Of a DNA stretch of 25,969 bases, positions 25,276 to 25,969 are shown piece by piece. The translations under genes and the position numbers were made by a program. The stretch is from a virus (Duplodnaviria > Caudoviricetes), in the IMG/VR virus record IMGVR_UViG_3300046837_000043, positions 1 through 25,969 of that record; one strand, given 5' to 3'. The notes below the pieces were generated by a model. The model had not been told where the DNA came from. It saw only the letters and a list, made by a program, of their open reading frames with translations, and did not search any database. Each line of letters starts with the position of its first letter. Within the stretch, counting starts at the first letter, position 1.

Positions 25276-25969
25276 TTAAGTGAGCGCTGCTTCGTTGTTG
25301 AGGATGGCGTCACAGGTTCGCACCGGGATGCCGCGGAAGGTGGTGACGGGTTTGCCATCGAACTCCTCGATGCGGAGGAGGACGTTGGTTTTGTTCATCG
25401 CCTGAAGATCGAGGTAGGTTCGGATGACACGGTTGCAGTAGATGACGGAGCGGCCCATGTTCGCACGGACCTCAGGAGTGTCGGAGGTCTGGATGGTGCC
25501 GGCTGAGACGGGCTGGGTCGGGAGTTTGTAGATGGCCCGGACCAAGAGGTTGATGAGGTTAGCCGCGGACACGCCGGTGAGTTGGGTGATGTCAATGTTC
25601 GCGATCCGGACGATATAACGCCAGTCGCGGAGGACATAACCGATCTCCCACTTAAAGTGATCGCGATAGGCTTGGTAGGTGTTGCCCGAGGCATCGGTTA
25701 CCGGCCACTCACCCATGTCGCGGTGCTGAAGGCCGGTGATCTTGCCCTTAGGGAAGGTTGCGTGGGCAGTGTCGTCGCCCCAGACCTTGAGCCAGATCGA
25801 AGTGTTGGTCGAGGCTGCGCCGCCGCCATCGAGGACGTTGTTAGCGGTTTGAGAACTGGCGGTGGTCTTCGTGGAGTATCGAGGGGACAGCCCGGTGAAC
25901 CGCTCTGGGTTCACGAACTGGTTCCCGTAGATCATTGTCGCGGCGATCTGCTGGGACATGCCTTCGAGG
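25276..25969 (-). CDS. Major capsid protein, BPP-1 Bbp17 / epsilon15 gp7 type (5'-truncated by the window edge)
   Basis: EGMSQQIA.TMIYG..PERFTGLSPRY, SIWL.VWG, PKG..GLQHRDMGE, YRDHFKWEIG..LRDWRYIVRIANID and F.GIPVRTCDAIL.NEA follow the Bbp17 sequence closely. The frame is open to the window end. Confidence 0.95.
   Translation of the reverse strand, partial: LEGMSQQIAATMIYGNQFVNPERFTGLSPRYSTKTTASSQTANNVLDGGGAASTNTSIWLKVWGDDTAHATFPKGKITGLQHRDMGEWPVTDASGNTYQAYRDHFKWEIGYVLRDWRYIVRIANIDITQLTGVSAANLINLLVRAIYKLPTQPVSAGTIQTSDTPEVRANMGRSVIYCNRVIRTYLDLQAMNKTNVLLRIEEFDGKPVTTFRGIPVRTCDAILNNEAALT

Noticed and set aside
1-25969. Diversity-generating retroelement, given the BPP-1-like capsid
   Set aside because: No reverse transcriptase, and no repeat pair differing specifically at adenines. 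The 15026/17038 pair differs at synonymous positions of all base types.

Overview
The whole window is one tightly packed minus-strand late (virion + lysis) operon of a podovirus-type tailed phage or prophage of the BPP-1/epsilon15 capsid lineage. The host is probably an Alphaproteobacterium (inference). In transcription order (right to left) it holds: the major capsid protein (partial); a Bbp16-like cement protein; seven consecutive genes whose products begin with export signal peptides; five small hypothetical genes; a two-gene cassette (small cytoplasmic beta-protein plus a signal-peptide-bearing beta-helix tailspike-like protein); tail tubular protein A; an HNH-AP2 endonuclease; tail tubular protein B; a gp13-like protein; three cysteine-free internal virion (ejection) proteins; an endolysin; a holin-like protein; and two small membrane proteins. 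The standout feature is eight fibre/spike/lectin/decoration-like proteins that carry Sec- or Tat-type signal peptides, have even cysteine counts, and are translationally coupled into the capsid operon, while no conventional cytoplasmic tail-fibre gene is visible. This suggests virion appendages that are exported, folded with disulfides in the periplasm and attached at or after lysis, or else a late-expressed secreted adhesin/depolymerase set. All family assignments come from motif recognition by eye; no searches were run.
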